This document shows, piece after piece, positions 62,979 to 64,000 of a DNA stretch of 64,000 nucleotides (within the stretch, counting starts at the first letter, position 1; every line of letters begins with the position of its first letter). The notes beneath the pieces are model-generated. The model was not told the origin of the DNA. It made no database searches and was given only the letters and a program-made list of their open reading frames with translations. The position numbers were made by a program, and so were the translations under genes. This DNA comes from Bilabrum cf. latius (taxonomy: Eukaryota). The stretch is taken from positions 1 to 64,000 of the forward strand of contig OZ237762.1 in assembly GCA_965178125.1 (NCBI GenBank). The letters are read 5' to 3'.

Positions 62979-64000
62979 TCACTGCACTGTCGGGGTGGTT
63001 GGAGGCGTTGGGGTACCGTACTTCCAGCGGTTGGCGCTGCTGTGCAGAGCTGCCAACGCGTTCCTCACTCCGCTGGCGGCCTCCACATGCCCGTGACCCC
63101 CTTCAACTGCCGGGGTGACCTCACCGTTCCCATGCCCGTCCCAACGACCGTGCCTCCCACGCGCCTTCCTTGACCCCTGTTGCCCCACAGGCGCATGGGT
63201 AGACCCCTCCCTCCTTGCCTGCCGCTACCCTGCGCCCAGCCGCACCGTCCTCCCGCCCCTGTCGTATCCCGTGGGCGCCCCCCGCAGCAGGATGGCATCC
63301 AGCACGGGCACCCGCATGAGCACGTACGGTGCCTGGCCCAAGGCAAACCCGCACCTGAGCCAGAAGAGGAGTGCGGCCCCTCGCCACGAGAGAGGGGGTG
63401 CCCACCTGCCTGCAGGCACCTGCCCCCATCCCCAGTGCCCCTCGATGCACCACACCCTCACGCACAGGGCACACAGCACCAGCACGCTCACCGCAGCTGC
63501 GTGATAGCCCCTCAGTCTCCCCAGCTCGCCCCCCCGCACGTGCATCCAGGGAGGCAGCCCCCGCTCAGCAGGAGCAGCTGCAGCACCCCCATCCGGCGCG
63601 GCCTCCTTGTTCCCTGTGCGTGGAGCAGTCTCGCTGGAGCCGAACGGCCACGCGGCCCACGCTGAGCCCCCCGCCGACTGGACACCCCTGTCGGCTGTGC
63701 CACCATCAGCAGTCTCTTGGCAGTCGATGTCCTCACAGCTGCGTTCTCCACCTCTGGTTTCCTGCGCGCCCCCATTCCCCGCCCTGTCCCTGTCTCTATC
63801 GCACAGTGTGAGCAGCCCGCAGTCCCACAGCGGGGCCATGCGGGTCACTGCCAGCGAGCGCCTTCTCTGGGAGCAGCTCGGCAGCCGCAGTGCCCGCCAG
63901 ACGATGGCCCACCAACTGAGCACCACAGCCAACCACACATCGACCAGGGACACAGTCGAGGACCAGGAAGCCAGCCCTGCCTGCCGCGCTGTGGAGCTAT
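62979..64000 (-). CDS. 3' part of a hypothetical membrane protein (runs off the window)
   Basis: ORF 63225-63953 with hydrophobic segments joins 62979-63188 through a TAG and ends at TGA. Confidence 0.55.

Overview
This is eukaryotic nuclear DNA from the left end of a chromosome of a GC-rich flagellated protist. It has TTAGGG telomeres, GT-AG introns and CC2D2A/MKS6, and the gene style suggests a bicosoecid or other stramenopile, although the taxon cannot be proven from sequence. The supplied ORF track is fragmented because the genome uses a non-standard code: TAG is read as Gln (it sits at conserved Gln positions in RPL12 and NMD3), while TAA and TGA remain stops. Layout: (1) 1-13.8 kb, a higher-order satellite built from 155-, 410- and 167-bp arrays. 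(2) A 1.3-kb internal (CCCTAA)n tract. (3) 15.1-20.9 kb, an AT-rich mavirus/Polinton-like endogenous virus fragment with protein-primed PolB, SF3 helicase, rve integrase-chromodomain and a small ORF. Its genes also use TAG=Gln, three of them share a 31-bp TCTA-containing promoter motif, and the polymerase is cut off by apparently de novo telomere addition. (4) A GC-rich orphan ORF and a 339-bp array ending at a second internal telomere tract; both tracts have the same ...GATA|CCCTAA junction. (5) From 24.35 kb, a subtelomeric minisatellite and about 14 densely packed host genes (AP2, NMD3, B3GNTL1-like, PP2C, PH-TPR, ankyrin-RING, Amt, CULT-MRH, Cys-rich surface protein, CC2D2A, RPL12 and hypotheticals). 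All protein identifications come from motif recognition by eye, not from database searches.
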